Origin: a virus | Direction: 5' to 3' (one strand) | UHGV virus genome: UHGV-1364441 | DNA: 64,000 nt | Shown: positions 1-9,779 of the stretch, in pieces | Numbering within the stretch: position 1 is the stretch's first letter | Layout: the number at the start of each line of letters is the position of its first letter | Translations under genes and position numbers: made by a program | Notes under the pieces: model-generated | What the model was told of the DNA's origin: nothing | Seen by the model: the letters and a program-made list of their open reading frames with translations, nothing else | Databases searched by the model: none

Positions 1-185
1 GGTGAACCATGGAACGGTTTCAGCTACCAGTCGCGGCGGAAATCCTCCGTGACCGGAACAAAGTGTGTCGCTGGTGGCTATTGCGCTCATTCTTCATCTC
101 CTGGTTATTCGCCTATTGTCATCACTTTGTTATTTCGTCACTCAAAGAGAGAGTGAAATCACGGAACATTTACAATTCCCGTTTT

Positions 186-344
186 GTTCTCAAATTGTTC
201 TCAAATTGTTCTCACTTCTATCCAAGTGCCCAGCAGGCGATTAAAGATATTCTCAAAACAACCTCAATTATGACTCTTATTTATCTCTAATTATGTGGAT
301 TTTCGATGCCTTCTCTTTTAAAATCATGATTTGATTCTCAAATG
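186..344. repeat. parC-like centromere candidate: direct repeats GTTCTCAAATT x3 (186-215) plus related copies near 249-258 and 333-344, upstream of parM
   Basis: Tandem and dispersed TTCTCAAA repeats read directly; position upstream of the ParM/ParR operon is where type II parC sites lie. Confidence 0.45.
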
Positions 345-367
345 TGTCTCAGAAGTGGAGCAAGAAG

Positions 368-1324
368 ATGCGCATTTTTATCGACGATGGTTCAACAAAT
401 ATCAAAATGCTGTGGGAACACGACGGGGAAACTCGCACGCACATCAGCCCTAACAGCTTTAAGCGCGGATGGTCAGCAACATTTGGTGCTGGCAAGACAT
501 TTAACTATGTCATTGACGACGAAAAGTATTCGTATGATTTGATCTCGCCAGATGTTCTGCCGACGAATAACGTTGAATGGCAATACAGCCCGCTTAACGT
601 CCTGGCTGTTCACCACGCCCTGCTGACAAGTGGCATTGAGCCGCAGGAAGTAGAAATTGTGGTTACGCTGCCACTGGCGGAGTTTTACGACGACGACGCG
701 CAATACAATCTCGATAACATCGAGCGCAAGAAAGCCAGCCTTATGCGCCCCGTCACGCTGAATAAAGGCAATGTATTCACGATTAAGAAAGTCACGGTAC
801 GCCCGGAGTCTATTCCGGCAGGAATTGGCCTGTGCGACAATCTGACCCCTGCCCACTCTGTTCTTATCGTCGATTTGGGTGGAACTACCCTTGATGTTTC
901 AATGGTCGCCGGGCAAATGACGGCAGTTTCCCGTGTTTTTGGCGATTCGAATCTTGGCGTCTCTCTGGTTACCAGGGAAGTAAGGCAAGCACTTGCCAGA
1001 GCCAATACCGAAACGTCAAATTACAATGTCGATCAGCTCATTATTAACCGCCACGATGAAGATTATCTGAACGACAATATCAATGACCCATCAGCTATTG
1101 GTGATGTGAAAAAGGCCATTGCTGCAAGTATTGACCGTCTGCGTACCCGCGTTCTTGATGTGATTGGCGATTTTAAAGGATATACGCATGTCATGGTGAT
1201 CGGTGGCGGCGCACCGCTGGTGGCTGATGCAATTCGCGAGCAAGTTAATATTCGCGATGACCGTTTCTTCGTGGCGGATGACCCGCAACTTGCTCTTGTT
1301 CATGGCCTGAAAGCAATCGGTTAA
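368..1324 (+). CDS. parM: ParM/StbA-like actin-type plasmid segregation ATPase
   Basis: N-terminus MRIFIDDGSTNIK and overall similarity to R1 ParM/StbA; start moved from track 344 to ATG 368 (GGAG about 8 nt upstream). Confidence 0.8.
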   Translation: MRIFIDDGSTNIKMLWEHDGETRTHISPNSFKRGWSATFGAGKTFNYVIDDEKYSYDLISPDVLPTNNVEWQYSPLNVLAVHHALLTSGIEPQEVEIVVTLPLAEFYDDDAQYNLDNIERKKASLMRPVTLNKGNVFTIKKVTVRPESIPAGIGLCDNLTPAHSVLIVDLGGTTLDVSMVAGQMTAVSRVFGDSNLGVSLVTREVRQALARANTETSNYNVDQLIINRHDEDYLNDNINDPSAIGDVKKAIAASIDRLRTRVLDVIGDFKGYTHVMVIGGGAPLVADAIREQVNIRDDRFFVADDPQLALVHGLKAIG

Positions 1325-1336
1325 CGAGGTATGTCC

Positions 1337-1675
1337 ATGTCTCAGGAACGTAAGAAAGTGATGATTTATCTTCGCCCAGGGGCTTATGCCAATGAAAAGG
1401 CGGCGAGCGAGAAGATAAAAAAACATAGCGATATGGCAAGAACTGCATTGTTGGCAGGGCTTGCGCTGGGAGAAGTCGATAGCAGGCTTCCTGGATTACT
1501 GGCTTCCCTGCTGACCGAAGTCAATAACCCGGAGCAGATCCGAAAAATGCTGGCATCCTTCCTGGAATTACCTGCTGCTGTTGAGGAGCACCCTGCCGCC
1601 ATTGAGCCAGCGAAGGAGCAAGTTGTTGCCAAAAGCGCGTCGGCGCGTAATCTTGCTGATTCTCTACCTGATTGA
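1337..1675 (+). CDS. parR: ParR/StbB-like centromere-binding partner of ParM
   Basis: Small protein directly after parM with TALLAGLAL segment resembling ParR; ATG 1337 has better SD spacing than 1331. Confidence 0.55.
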   Translation: MSQERKKVMIYLRPGAYANEKAASEKIKKHSDMARTALLAGLALGEVDSRLPGLLASLLTEVNNPEQIRKMLASFLELPAAVEEHPAAIEPAKEQVVAKSASARNLADSLPD

Positions 1676-1695
1676 TGGTCAAAACTCTATTTTAA

Positions 1696-1718
1696 GGCTG
1701 CAAATTGCAGCCTTTTTT
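1696..1718 (+). terminator. Rho-independent terminator after parMR
   Basis: GGCTGCA-AATT-TGCAGCC hairpin followed by TTTTTT. Confidence 0.6.
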
Positions 1719-1734
1719 GTTCCTTTTTGGTGTT

Positions 1735-1935
1735 AAAATGGCATCAAAGCGACACCAAATGGGAGTCGTTAATGTACTGGTGCATACTTGGTGCTAATTT
1801 AGTGCTATTCAGGCGCAAAACGTGTACCAGTATCCATCGGATTTGATGTTATAGTTCCGGCATTAAGAATGGTGCTATTGCTGTACCGTTGATGTGTAAA
1901 TGTGGTGCCGTTTTAGTGTAAAAATAGAGCCAAAA
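1735..1935. repeat. Iteron-like short repeats (GGTGCTA / GTGTACC / AGTGCTAT / GTGTAAA family) upstream of parA; parC1-like centromere candidate
   Basis: Many closely spaced copies of related 6-8 bp words in both orientations, seen directly. Confidence 0.45.
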
Positions 1936-1953
1936 TAAAGCCGAGGTATGGAC

Positions 1954-2595
1954 ATGATTATCCTGGTAGCAAGTCAAAAGGGAGGCTGTGGCAAGTCAAC
2001 CACCAGCGTCAATATTTGTGCCGAGCTGGCCCGAAAAAACAAAGATGTCGTCTTGATTGATGCTGATAAGCAGGGAACGGCAGCTCGATGGGCGTCAGAC
2101 CGTAATTCGTCCGAAGTGACACCAGTTATTCATTGCGTCCAGAAGTTTGGAAATATTCGAGAAACTCTGCTCGATCTTAACAATCGATATGAATACGTGG
2201 TTGTTGATACCGCAGGTCGTGATAGTAAAGAGATGCGCACAGGTATAACGGCGGCGGATATTCTATTGGTTCCATTCAGGCCGTCTCAGCCAGATTTGGA
2301 CACGCTGGCACACTTTGTTGAGGTGTTTGAAGAGGCTTTGGATCTGATGCCTAATCCCAATATTAAGGCGTGCGCAGTCTTAACGATGGCCCCGTCAAAT
2401 CCGGTTGTGAATGAAGCAAATGAGGCCAAAGAGTATCTGGCAGAATATCCGCAACTGAAATTGCTGAAAACCATTATTCGCGATCGCAAGGTTTACCGCG
2501 ACTGCATGGCTGAAGGAAAGGGTGTTGTTGAGATGGATAACGGTAAGGCGAAAGGTGAAATTCAGATGTTAGTTAAGGAGTTGCTAAGTGATTAA
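1954..2595 (+). CDS. parA: ParA-family partition ATPase (small, type Ib)
   Basis: Deviant Walker A KGGCGKST near N-terminus, ~213 aa; ATG 1954 has 7-nt SD spacing. Confidence 0.85.
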   Translation: MIILVASQKGGCGKSTTSVNICAELARKNKDVVLIDADKQGTAARWASDRNSSEVTPVIHCVQKFGNIRETLLDLNNRYEYVVVDTAGRDSKEMRTGITAADILLVPFRPSQPDLDTLAHFVEVFEEALDLMPNPNIKACAVLTMAPSNPVVNEANEAKEYLAEYPQLKLLKTIIRDRKVYRDCMAEGKGVVEMDNGKAKGEIQMLVKELLSD

Positions 2596-2872
2596 ACGTC
2601 GAGAACCAGCTAAAGCGCCTAAGGCTACTGATCCGGAACTTGAGCGAAGAATTGAAGAGTTCGCCAGCAAAGCGGATTTAATCCCGGATGAAATTACAAC
2701 GGGGAAGGTGCTTGATAAAGATGCGCCGCGCGACTTTAAATCCATACGCGTGAGCTTTAATGAATATGAGTACGGCGTACTCGATGATTTAAGCAAAAAA
2801 CTGAACCGCAGCAAATTGAACTTGATTCGGCATGCAATCCTCATGTTAGCGGAGTCTGAGGAAGCAAAATAA
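2588..2872 (+). CDS. Ribbon-helix-helix centromere-binding protein (ParG/ParB-like partner of ParA)
   Basis: Overlaps parA 3' end (GTG start); C-terminal RHH-like segment IRVSFNEYEYGVLDDLSKKLNRSKLNLIRHAILML after a basic disordered N-terminus. Confidence 0.5.
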   Translation: MIKRREPAKAPKATDPELERRIEEFASKADLIPDEITTGKVLDKDAPRDFKSIRVSFNEYEYGVLDDLSKKLNRSKLNLIRHAILMLAESEEAK

Positions 2873-2894
2873 TGTCTTTCAGGTTGGTTTTAGA

Positions 2895-3000
2895 ACTTAA
2901 AAATTCTTGAATCAAAGGTGTACCAATGTAGCACCGATTTGGTGCACCTTTACATCCTTTTTGGTGCCAATTGTGTACCATATAGCACTGGTTTACTTAT
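2895..3000. repeat. Second iteron-like array downstream of the ParA/RHH operon (parC2-like)
   Basis: GGTGTACC, TGTAGCACC, TGGTGCACC, TGGTGCCA, TGTGTACCA, AGTGCTATA words of the same family as 1735-1935. Confidence 0.4.
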
Positions 3001-3140
3001 GAGCAGAAGTGGGCTTGATGAAAAAGCTCATTATTGAAATAACGATAGAAAGCAATTTCTAATCAACTAGTGGTTGTCAGCCTATTCGGCTTATAAGATC
3101 ATACGCTGTTATACGTTTTTTACGCTTTGAGGAATCCACA

Positions 3141-4802
3141 ATGAGTGAGGCAGAAGCCCGCCCGACTAACTTTATTCGTCAGATCATCGATGAAGATCTG
3201 GCAAGTGGTAAGCACACCACAGTACATACCCGTTTCCCGCCGGAACCGAATGGCTATCTGCATATTGGTCATGCGAAATCTATCTGCCTGAACTTCGGGA
3301 TCGCCCAGGACTATAAAGGCCAGTGCAACCTGCGTTTCGACGACACTAACCCGGTAAAAGAAGATATCGAGTACGTCGAGTCGATTAAAAACGACGTTGA
3401 ATGGTTAGGTTTTCACTGGTCTGGTAACGTCCGTTACTCCTCCGATTATTTTGATCAGCTCCACGCCTATGCTGTTGAACTGATCAACAAAGGCCTGGCG
3501 TATGTTGACGAACTGACGCCGGAACAGATCCGCGAATACCGCGGCACCCTGACGCAGCCGGGTAAAAACAGCCCGTACCGCGATCGCAGCGTTGAAGAGA
3601 ACCTGGCGCTGTTCGAAAAAATGCGTGCCGGTGGTTTTGAAGAAGGTAAAGCCTGCCTGCGTGCGAAAATCGACATGGCGTCGCCGTTTATCGTGATGCG
3701 CGATCCGGTGCTGTACCGCATTAAGTTTGCTGAACACCACCAGACTGGCAACAAGTGGTGCATCTACCCGATGTACGACTTCACCCACTGCATCAGCGAT
3801 GCGCTGGAAGGTATTACGCACTCTCTGTGTACGCTTGAGTTCCAGGACAACCGTCGCCTGTACGACTGGGTGCTGGACAACATCACCATTCCTGTTCACC
3901 CGCGCCAGTACGAATTCTCGCGCCTGAATCTGGAATACACTGTGATGTCCAAGCGTAAGCTGAACCTGCTGGTGACCGACAAGCACGTTGAAGGCTGGGA
4001 TGACCCGCGTATGCCGACCATTTCCGGTCTGCGTCGTCGTGGTTACACTGCGGCTTCTATTCGTGAGTTCTGCAAACGCATCGGCGTGACCAAGCAGGAC
4101 AACACCATTGAGATGGCGTCGCTGGAATCCTGCATCCGTGAAGATCTCAACGAAAATGCGCCGCGCGCAATGGCGGTTATCGATCCGGTGAAACTGGTCA
4201 TCGAAAACTATCAGGGAGAAGGCGAAATGGTCACCATGCCGAACCATCCAAACAAACCGGAAATGGGTAGCCGTCAGGTGCCGTTTAGCGGTGAGATTTG
4301 GATCGACCGCGCCGATTTCCGAGAAGAAGCTAACAAGCAGTACAAACGTCTGGTGCTGGGTAAAGAAGTGCGTCTGCGTAATGCTTACGTCATTAAGGCT
4401 GAACGCGTGGAGAAAGATGCCGAAGGCAATATCACCACCATCTTCTGTACTTATGACGCCGACACCTTAAGCAAAGATCCGGCAGATGGTCGTAAAGTGA
4501 AAGGCGTTATTCACTGGGTGAGCGCGGCACATGCGCTGCCGGTTGAAATCCGCCTGTACGATCGTCTGTTCAGCGTGCCGAACCCAGGTGCTGCTGATGA
4601 TTTCCTGTCGGTGATTAACCCGGAATCGCTGGTGATCAAACAGGGTTTTGCTGAACCGTCGCTGAAAGAAGCGGTAGCGGGTAAAGCATTCCAGTTTGAG
4701 CGTGAAGGTTATTTCTGCCTCGACAGCCGCCATTCTACGGCGGAAAAACCGGTATTTAACCGCACCGTTGGGCTGCGTGATACCTGGGCGAAGTTAGGTT
4801 AA
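3141..4802 (+). CDS. glnS: Glutaminyl-tRNA synthetase (class I aaRS), full length 553 aa
   Basis: HIGH motif (HIGHAKS), KMSKS-type motif (VMSKR), and end-to-end resemblance to enterobacterial GlnRS as I recall it. Confidence 0.95.
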   Translation: MSEAEARPTNFIRQIIDEDLASGKHTTVHTRFPPEPNGYLHIGHAKSICLNFGIAQDYKGQCNLRFDDTNPVKEDIEYVESIKNDVEWLGFHWSGNVRYSSDYFDQLHAYAVELINKGLAYVDELTPEQIREYRGTLTQPGKNSPYRDRSVEENLALFEKMRAGGFEEGKACLRAKIDMASPFIVMRDPVLYRIKFAEHHQTGNKWCIYPMYDFTHCISDALEGITHSLCTLEFQDNRRLYDWVLDNITIPVHPRQYEFSRLNLEYTVMSKRKLNLLVTDKHVEGWDDPRMPTISGLRRRGYTAASIREFCKRIGVTKQDNTIEMASLESCIREDLNENAPRAMAVIDPVKLVIENYQGEGEMVTMPNHPNKPEMGSRQVPFSGEIWIDRADFREEANKQYKRLVLGKEVRLRNAYVIKAERVEKDAEGNITTIFCTYDADTLSKDPADGRKVKGVIHWVSAAHALPVEIRLYDRLFSVPNPGAADDFLSVINPESLVIKQGFAEPSLKEAVAGKAFQFEREGYFCLDSRHSTAEKPVFNRTVGLRDTWAKLG

Positions 4803-4819
4803 TAGGTATTTCGCCACAT

Positions 4820-4853
4820 AAAAAAGTAAACGCCGCTACTGCGGCGTTTTTTA
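4820..4853. terminator. Bidirectional rho-independent terminator between glnS and the convergent Dam-like gene
   Basis: CGCCGC-TACT-GCGGCG hairpin flanked by an A-run upstream and T-run downstream. Confidence 0.7.
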
Positions 4854-5756
4854 CTTCATTATTGCAATTATATCGTTAGCAACTACACGTGTTGACGCCT
4901 TGCAGGACACCGACCGTCTGGCTGCCATATGATGTACTTTAAACCCGTTTCCTTCATATAGTTCACGGATGTTTGGCGCACCACTATTTGTTATCACTAC
5001 CTTAGCGCCGCGCTGGTGGGCTTCCACCAATAGAGATACCAGCCGTTTCTGTTCGTCGAAACGGAAGCTATTTCCTGAATAACTGGTAAACCCTTCTGTA
5101 TCCGGCAGCGGTTCATACGGCGGATCGCAAAAAATCACATCGCCTTCACCAGCCGCCTCGATGACGCCAGCAAAGTCACCTGATACAAAGGACGTGTTTT
5201 TGAGTACGTCATCAGCCAAAAATGCCTCCATCTCTGCATGTGGGAAGTAGGGCGCTTTGTATTTGCCATACCCCACGTTGAACTCGCCATTTTGGTTGTA
5301 CCGCGTTACGCCATTAAAACAGTGCCGATTAAGGTACAAAAAGGCGGCAGCATGATGTAGCTGGTCATACTTTCCTCTGTTAAATGCCTCACGCACTTCG
5401 AGGTAAGCGTCAGCGTTGTTGTAATTTTTGAAAAAACTATATGACAGCGTGACGAGCGAATGTCCTTCTCGCTGCAATGTCTGATAGAAGTTAATCAGGT
5501 CACCGTTAATATCATTAAGCAGGTTGTGGCGAAATCCTGCATTCGTAAATACGGAACCGCCACCAACGAATGGTTCTATTAACCGCTTACCGTGTGGTAG
5601 ATGCTCAAGCACTGTAGGCAATTCTGAGAATTTACCACCTACCCATTTGAATATCGGACGCTCATATTCATCCGGAGTCCGAATGGTGCGCATATAGCTA
5701 ATTTCAGCCATCGTATCCTGTTTTTCTATGGCTATGCGTGCTATAGATTTACTCAT
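4851..5756 (-). CDS. DNA N6-adenine methyltransferase (Dam/T4 Dam-like)
   Basis: FKWVGGK, EPFVGGGSV and DPPY motifs; ATG 5756 preceded by AAGGGGG RBS; overlaps the upstream gene stop by 8 nt. Confidence 0.8.
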   Translation of the reverse strand: MSKSIARIAIEKQDTMAEISYMRTIRTPDEYERPIFKWVGGKFSELPTVLEHLPHGKRLIEPFVGGGSVFTNAGFRHNLLNDINGDLINFYQTLQREGHSLVTLSYSFFKNYNNADAYLEVREAFNRGKYDQLHHAAAFLYLNRHCFNGVTRYNQNGEFNVGYGKYKAPYFPHAEMEAFLADDVLKNTSFVSGDFAGVIEAAGEGDVIFCDPPYEPLPDTEGFTSYSGNSFRFDEQKRLVSLLVEAHQRGAKVVITNSGAPNIRELYEGNGFKVHHMAARRSVSCKASTRVVANDIIAIMK

Positions 5757-6501
5757 AGAGCACCCCCTTATTCGCTTCGAAAACTGCCTTTGCGAATCCA
5801 TGTGGAGTAGCACTTCGAAAATTAGCCCTGTCAGGCCCTGGTGGCGCGGCATGGATTCTGTTATCTGGCTTGCCTAATGATTCGTCCATTAGGGCATCAG
5901 GCATGACAAAGCCCTGGCCGCTCCAGAGGCATGTTTTTTTGGTGTAGTTATCTTCCTGACAATATGCAGTGAAGAAGTAAGGGTGAAAGATGTGATCTGG
6001 CTTACGCCAGAATGTCGATATTTTGCTGACCGGATTTTCAATCATGTACGGACAACCGATCATCTTTGCAATGTCATAACACTGCCAGACAACCTGCATT
6101 GCTTTGAACTGGAAAACCGGATCTTTATTAGCCTTGTCCGAAAACCAGCGCGCGCCGGAAACAGCCAGGTCAGTACACGGTGGGAACCCGGCCAGAAACA
6201 CGATGCGCTGCAAATTCTTACGGAGAAAAGCGTATACTTCATCGCTATCGATGATCGCACTAATACGCGTCAGAACGGCACCTGATTGCATCCGCTCGTC
6301 ACTGGTCGATAAGTGCTGTGGATCGACGATAGCGGCATCGACACCGTATTCCAGCCAGGGGGCAACCATTGCCCCCGTAAAATCACAAAGACTCACAACA
6401 AGCGGTCGGTTATTATCGTTCTGCTTCACCGCCAATGGCCTCCACCAGCGCGTTAAACAGTGCAGATAATTCGCCCGTAAAGAGCACGAAATCAGCATCA
6501 A
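5749..6501 (-). CDS. DNA cytosine-C5 methyltransferase-like protein (compact, ~250 aa)
   Basis: AGFPPC (PCQ-like catalytic Cys motif) and ENP (ENV-like) motifs; much shorter than canonical Dcm, so function uncertain; 5' end overlaps the rdgC 3' end. Confidence 0.5.
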   Translation of the reverse strand: MMLISCSLRANYLHCLTRWWRPLAVKQNDNNRPLVVSLCDFTGAMVAPWLEYGVDAAIVDPQHLSTSDERMQSGAVLTRISAIIDSDEVYAFLRKNLQRIVFLAGFPPCTDLAVSGARWFSDKANKDPVFQFKAMQVVWQCYDIAKMIGCPYMIENPVSKISTFWRKPDHIFHPYFFTAYCQEDNYTKKTCLWSGQGFVMPDALMDESLGKPDNRIHAAPPGPDRANFRSATPHGFAKAVFEANKGVLYE

Positions 6502-7318
6502 ATCGTTGTGCTACATCCTCCCGGTCGATATCGTCGTTCTGGTCATAGAGATCATCACAGAATGTCAGGGCTTTGATACTCATATCATCGTTGACTCTGA
6601 ACGACGCACGGTCCATCCAGTTAATTGCAACGGTCGTAGCTACTTTCCCCGCCTCAATGTGAGACATAATCTCGTCGGACTGTAGATCAACTTTGTTGCA
6701 GCGAACGGCACCACCATTATCGAGCAGACCCTTTAATGTGGCGTCTTCACCTGCTGTAAATCCGGCAGGGAAGCCGCTTTTAAACCACTCGGTCATTGTA
6801 ATCTCCAGCGGTTCGCGTGGTGTGAATGGAATGACAGGCAGGCTGCCGAGCGACTTTCGCAATAAAGCCAGCTGGTCCTCTGCCTTTTTGGCGCTGCTTG
6901 CCTCAACGAATACCAGATGGTTGCTGCGGTCGATCAGGATTTTGGCGAGTGATTTTCTCGTGAACGCGCGAGGCAAAAGTGAATGCAGGACTTCATCTTT
7001 AAGACTGTCTCTTTCCGTTTTCTTCAGCTTGCGGGCTTGCTCTTCTTCGAGTTTCAGGACTTTTTTCTGCAACTCTTCCTTGAGCACCTGCGAGGGGAGA
7101 ATTTTTTCTTCTCGCTTATGCTGTATTAGCAGAAAACCCTGGTATTCATGGGTGAGGTTGTCACCAAGAACAGGTGTCCAACCGACTTTAGCTGTGTCCT
7201 GAGAACCGCAAGGAGTAAACACGAATTTGCTAAGAGCATCGGATACTTCTGCGGCACTCCAGTTAACTTCACGTGAAAGACGATAGATGAAGATGTTTTT
7301 GAAAGCGACTGATCTCAT
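6413..7318 (-). CDS. rdgC: Recombination-associated protein RdgC homolog
   Basis: 301 aa with RdgC-like blocks along its length ([32 protein letters not shown]). Confidence 0.85.
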   Translation of the reverse strand: MRSVAFKNIFIYRLSREVNWSAAEVSDALSKFVFTPCGSQDTAKVGWTPVLGDNLTHEYQGFLLIQHKREEKILPSQVLKEELQKKVLKLEEEQARKLKKTERDSLKDEVLHSLLPRAFTRKSLAKILIDRSNHLVFVEASSAKKAEDQLALLRKSLGSLPVIPFTPREPLEITMTEWFKSGFPAGFTAGEDATLKGLLDNGGAVRCNKVDLQSDEIMSHIEAGKVATTVAINWMDRASFRVNDDMSIKALTFCDDLYDQNDDIDREDVAQRFDADFVLFTGELSALFNALVEAIGGEAER

Positions 7319-7324
7319 GTTTCA

Positions 7325-7368
7325 CCAATTATGTTAGAAAATTCTATTCAATTATCTAACATAATTGG
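7325..7368. promoter_or_regulatory. Palindromic operator-like site: perfect 14-bp inverted repeat CCAATTATGTTAGA (16-bp spacer), upstream of the rdgC operon
   Basis: Read directly; carries the TGTTAGA core that recurs across the window. Confidence 0.55.
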
Positions 7369-7377
7369 ATGTATTTT

Positions 7378-8031
7378 CTATCCCTTCTTGAAATCAAAGT
7401 TGCTTGCGATAGCCTGGAAGGTGCCTCCAGCCTTGAAATCAATATTTTCGTCGGCTGTCACAGTAATGTTTTTGCCATTAACGCTGATGTTATCGGCTGA
7501 TTTGACGTTAACACTCCCTCCCGCATTCACTACTACATCAGCCGGACCAATGATGTATATCTGCCCTGATTCATTCATTCCAATCCTTGAGCCTGCTGCC
7601 GTATTCGCTATTTCATATCCACCGCCAGCCGTTCGCACTTCGAGCACATTGTTGCGGTGAATCACGAAATCTTTTGTCGCCGAAAATTGCGGGCGGGGAG
7701 GCGCTCCGTCTACTTCTGGTGGCGTCCAGCCGCTACCATTGCCTGACGCCTCCGGCGCGACGTTTGGTACTCCGCCAGGCGCATCCTGAGCTGCGCCAAC
7801 TATCATTGGGCGTCTGGTATCAATTCGACCATTAACATCCAGATAAGGAAACTCTACCCATACCAGGTCGCCTTTTACTGTAGGTACAAACGCGTTACCT
7901 ATGGGTAACAGGTATTCTGCCCAGGGTAGATCGTCATCAGGAACGCCATTCCAGTCTGGTAAAACACGGACCTGAGCACGCATAAGCCCTGCCGGGTGCA
8001 CAGTTCCAACAATTTGCGCTCTACGCTTCAT
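7378..8031 (-). CDS. Baseplate central spike-like protein (gpV/gp5 OB-fold plus beta-helix type)
   Basis: N-terminal OB-fold-like region and C-terminal V-x-V-N-G/K repeats (SVNVKSADNISVNGKNITV); ATGA-coupled to upstream gene. Confidence 0.4.
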   Translation of the reverse strand: MKRRAQIVGTVHPAGLMRAQVRVLPDWNGVPDDDLPWAEYLLPIGNAFVPTVKGDLVWVEFPYLDVNGRIDTRRPMIVGAAQDAPGGVPNVAPEASGNGSGWTPPEVDGAPPRPQFSATKDFVIHRNNVLEVRTAGGGYEIANTAAGSRIGMNESGQIYIIGPADVVVNAGGSVNVKSADNISVNGKNITVTADENIDFKAGGTFQAIASNFDFKKG

Positions 8032-9008
8032 TTGTTCGGCACTCCTAATATCATTCGTGTTGTGTAGCCTACGCGGTCTTCAAAGTGCGCAACATTTTTT
8101 ACTATCAGCTTGCGGGGCATTGATTCATCAATGCGGTTTTCCTGGTCATAGCGGTATACGATAATCTCTATTACCATTCCCGGTTTTATATCCGGATTGC
8201 CTGCGACTTCTATATCCATTTTGGGGACGAGAGACAGCTGCATATTGCGAAGAGTTTCCATATCAGAGTCGGATATATAACGCACTGGGAGTGAGCTATC
8301 GCCATATTCGACGTAGCCATCGGTCATGGAATACCCAACAAAACGATATTGATTCTTTGCTGTTGTCGCATGTTCCTGTTGGAGTAGGCGCATTTTGGAC
8401 AAAGTGTATTCTGCTTTAGGGTTATTCCCCTCGTAGGTAAATGATGGCGTTTGCTTCATCAGATCAGCCAGGGTGTAAAAGTTAAATTCCCCCCGGCATA
8501 CCCAACATAATGCACCTTTGTCTCGCGCTATCTGCGAGAGCATTTTTGACGGTTTGTCGCCTGCGTTCAGGTGATATGTAACCGCACGCTTTAAGACACT
8601 GCTGGAAATTTTAAGATTGCCGCTATACGCCTTGAATATGGTGTCCGGCGTTTTGTTCGTGTGTAGATTGGTGCGAGGGGAGGGGATCTTAAACCGATGC
8701 ACGTCTTCACTGACCGCAATAACGGTAACTACATCCCCAGCCAGCATTGCTGACGTAACAAAAAAAGTTGTTTTAAAAGTGCCTGCATTACCGTTTGGAT
8801 CGCCCATTTCAGCCACCAGCGATGCACCGTATTTAGCTTTCCAGTCATCAATTATGGTGCCTGTCATGTCATGAATTTCCAGCTTCAATAACGGCGCTTT
8901 AAGGCTGCTCTTTTCCACGTACACTGCGGTAAAAATCCAGTCTCGTGGCACTTTGTTATCGTTAATTGTGACTGACTGGAGGAAGTATTGTTGTAACTCC
9001 TGGGACAT
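8028..9008 (-). CDS. Hypothetical protein (in operon with spike-like gene)
   Basis: 326-aa ORF, translationally coupled both sides. Confidence 0.5.
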   Translation of the reverse strand: MSQELQQYFLQSVTINDNKVPRDWIFTAVYVEKSSLKAPLLKLEIHDMTGTIIDDWKAKYGASLVAEMGDPNGNAGTFKTTFFVTSAMLAGDVVTVIAVSEDVHRFKIPSPRTNLHTNKTPDTIFKAYSGNLKISSSVLKRAVTYHLNAGDKPSKMLSQIARDKGALCWVCRGEFNFYTLADLMKQTPSFTYEGNNPKAEYTLSKMRLLQQEHATTAKNQYRFVGYSMTDGYVEYGDSSLPVRYISDSDMETLRNMQLSLVPKMDIEVAGNPDIKPGMVIEIIVYRYDQENRIDESMPRKLIVKNVAHFEDRVGYTTRMILGVPNK

Positions 9009-9011
9009 TGA

Positions 9012-9779
9012 TTACCCCATAGCCAGCGAGGTTTCAGTAACAACGCGTTTCGCGTCCAATTCCCAGGCTGTGATTACATCCGCAATGACGCTTACAGGTG
9101 CCTGAGTAGCATAAATCCTCTCTTCTCCCACTGGTGCCGAAACATCCGTAAATCCAACGTCTTTAGCATCCTGAATGGAGCAAATCAGAGGAACAGGAAC
9201 ACGCACCAGGTTAGTGTTTGCCTCAAATTGTGTTCCGGTCATCAGGCGGAGCCGCGCGCCCAGCGAATTACACATCAGACTCATGGTTGCTTTATCAGTA
9301 GCCATTAACGTAACGTCATAAGTCAGGATAGCCTGGGTGTATTCCAGAGTCGCTAAAGGCATTCCAGTATCCGGGTTGCAAAAACTGGCAGTTTGCCTGC
9401 GGTCTATCTGCTGATCATCATTGATATAGCTGATATCCATAGACCGGGAGATGTTGATCAACGGCAAGGCATCGCGATTAATGTTCTGGTTTTCCGGTTT
9501 TCTTCCTTGCCCAGCATTTGCGCGACGAACTGCTTTAAGAAACTCGATCGCATTGTCGAAACGGGCCACATAGACACGCTCTGCTGGTGGACGATTCAGG
9601 AATGACGCAAAGCGTTTTTCTTCCGGCGCGGGGGCCACCAGTAAGATATCAGAAAAGATATTGCTGATTAGCGTAGCAAACGCGTTATCCACGTTTTCAA
9701 AGCCCGTGGTCTGGAATTTCCCTGTGCGTGAGGTTTGCCATTCACCTGTTCGCGCCAGGAGGGTTTTATTTGAAGTCAT
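9012..9779 (-). CDS. Hypothetical protein
   Basis: 255-aa ORF, start overlaps the upstream stop. Confidence 0.5.
   Translation of the reverse strand: MTSNKTLLARTGEWQTSRTGKFQTTGFENVDNAFATLISNIFSDILLVAPAPEEKRFASFLNRPPAERVYVARFDNAIEFLKAVRRANAGQGRKPENQNINRDALPLINISRSMDISYINDDQQIDRRQTASFCNPDTGMPLATLEYTQAILTYDVTLMATDKATMSLMCNSLGARLRLMTGTQFEANTNLVRVPVPLICSIQDAKDVGFTDVSAPVGEERIYATQAPVSVIADVITAWELDAKRVVTETSLAMG

Noticed and set aside
9-290. 93-aa plus-strand ORF at the left edge
   Set aside because: Overlaps the TTCTCAAA repeat array upstream of parM and has no RBS; more likely centromere or promoter DNA.
3405-4247. 280-aa minus-strand ORF (and other track ORFs) inside glnS
   Set aside because: Antisense to a well-supported glnS reading frame; no RBS or recognisable product; typical shadow ORF.
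3141-4802. Interpretation of the window as the chromosomal glnS locus
   Set aside because: glnS is flanked by plasmid partition genes on one side and a phage Dam-like methyltransferase on the other, not by its chromosomal neighbours; the window is therefore read as a phage-plasmid with glnS as cargo, with assembly chimerism as the alternative.
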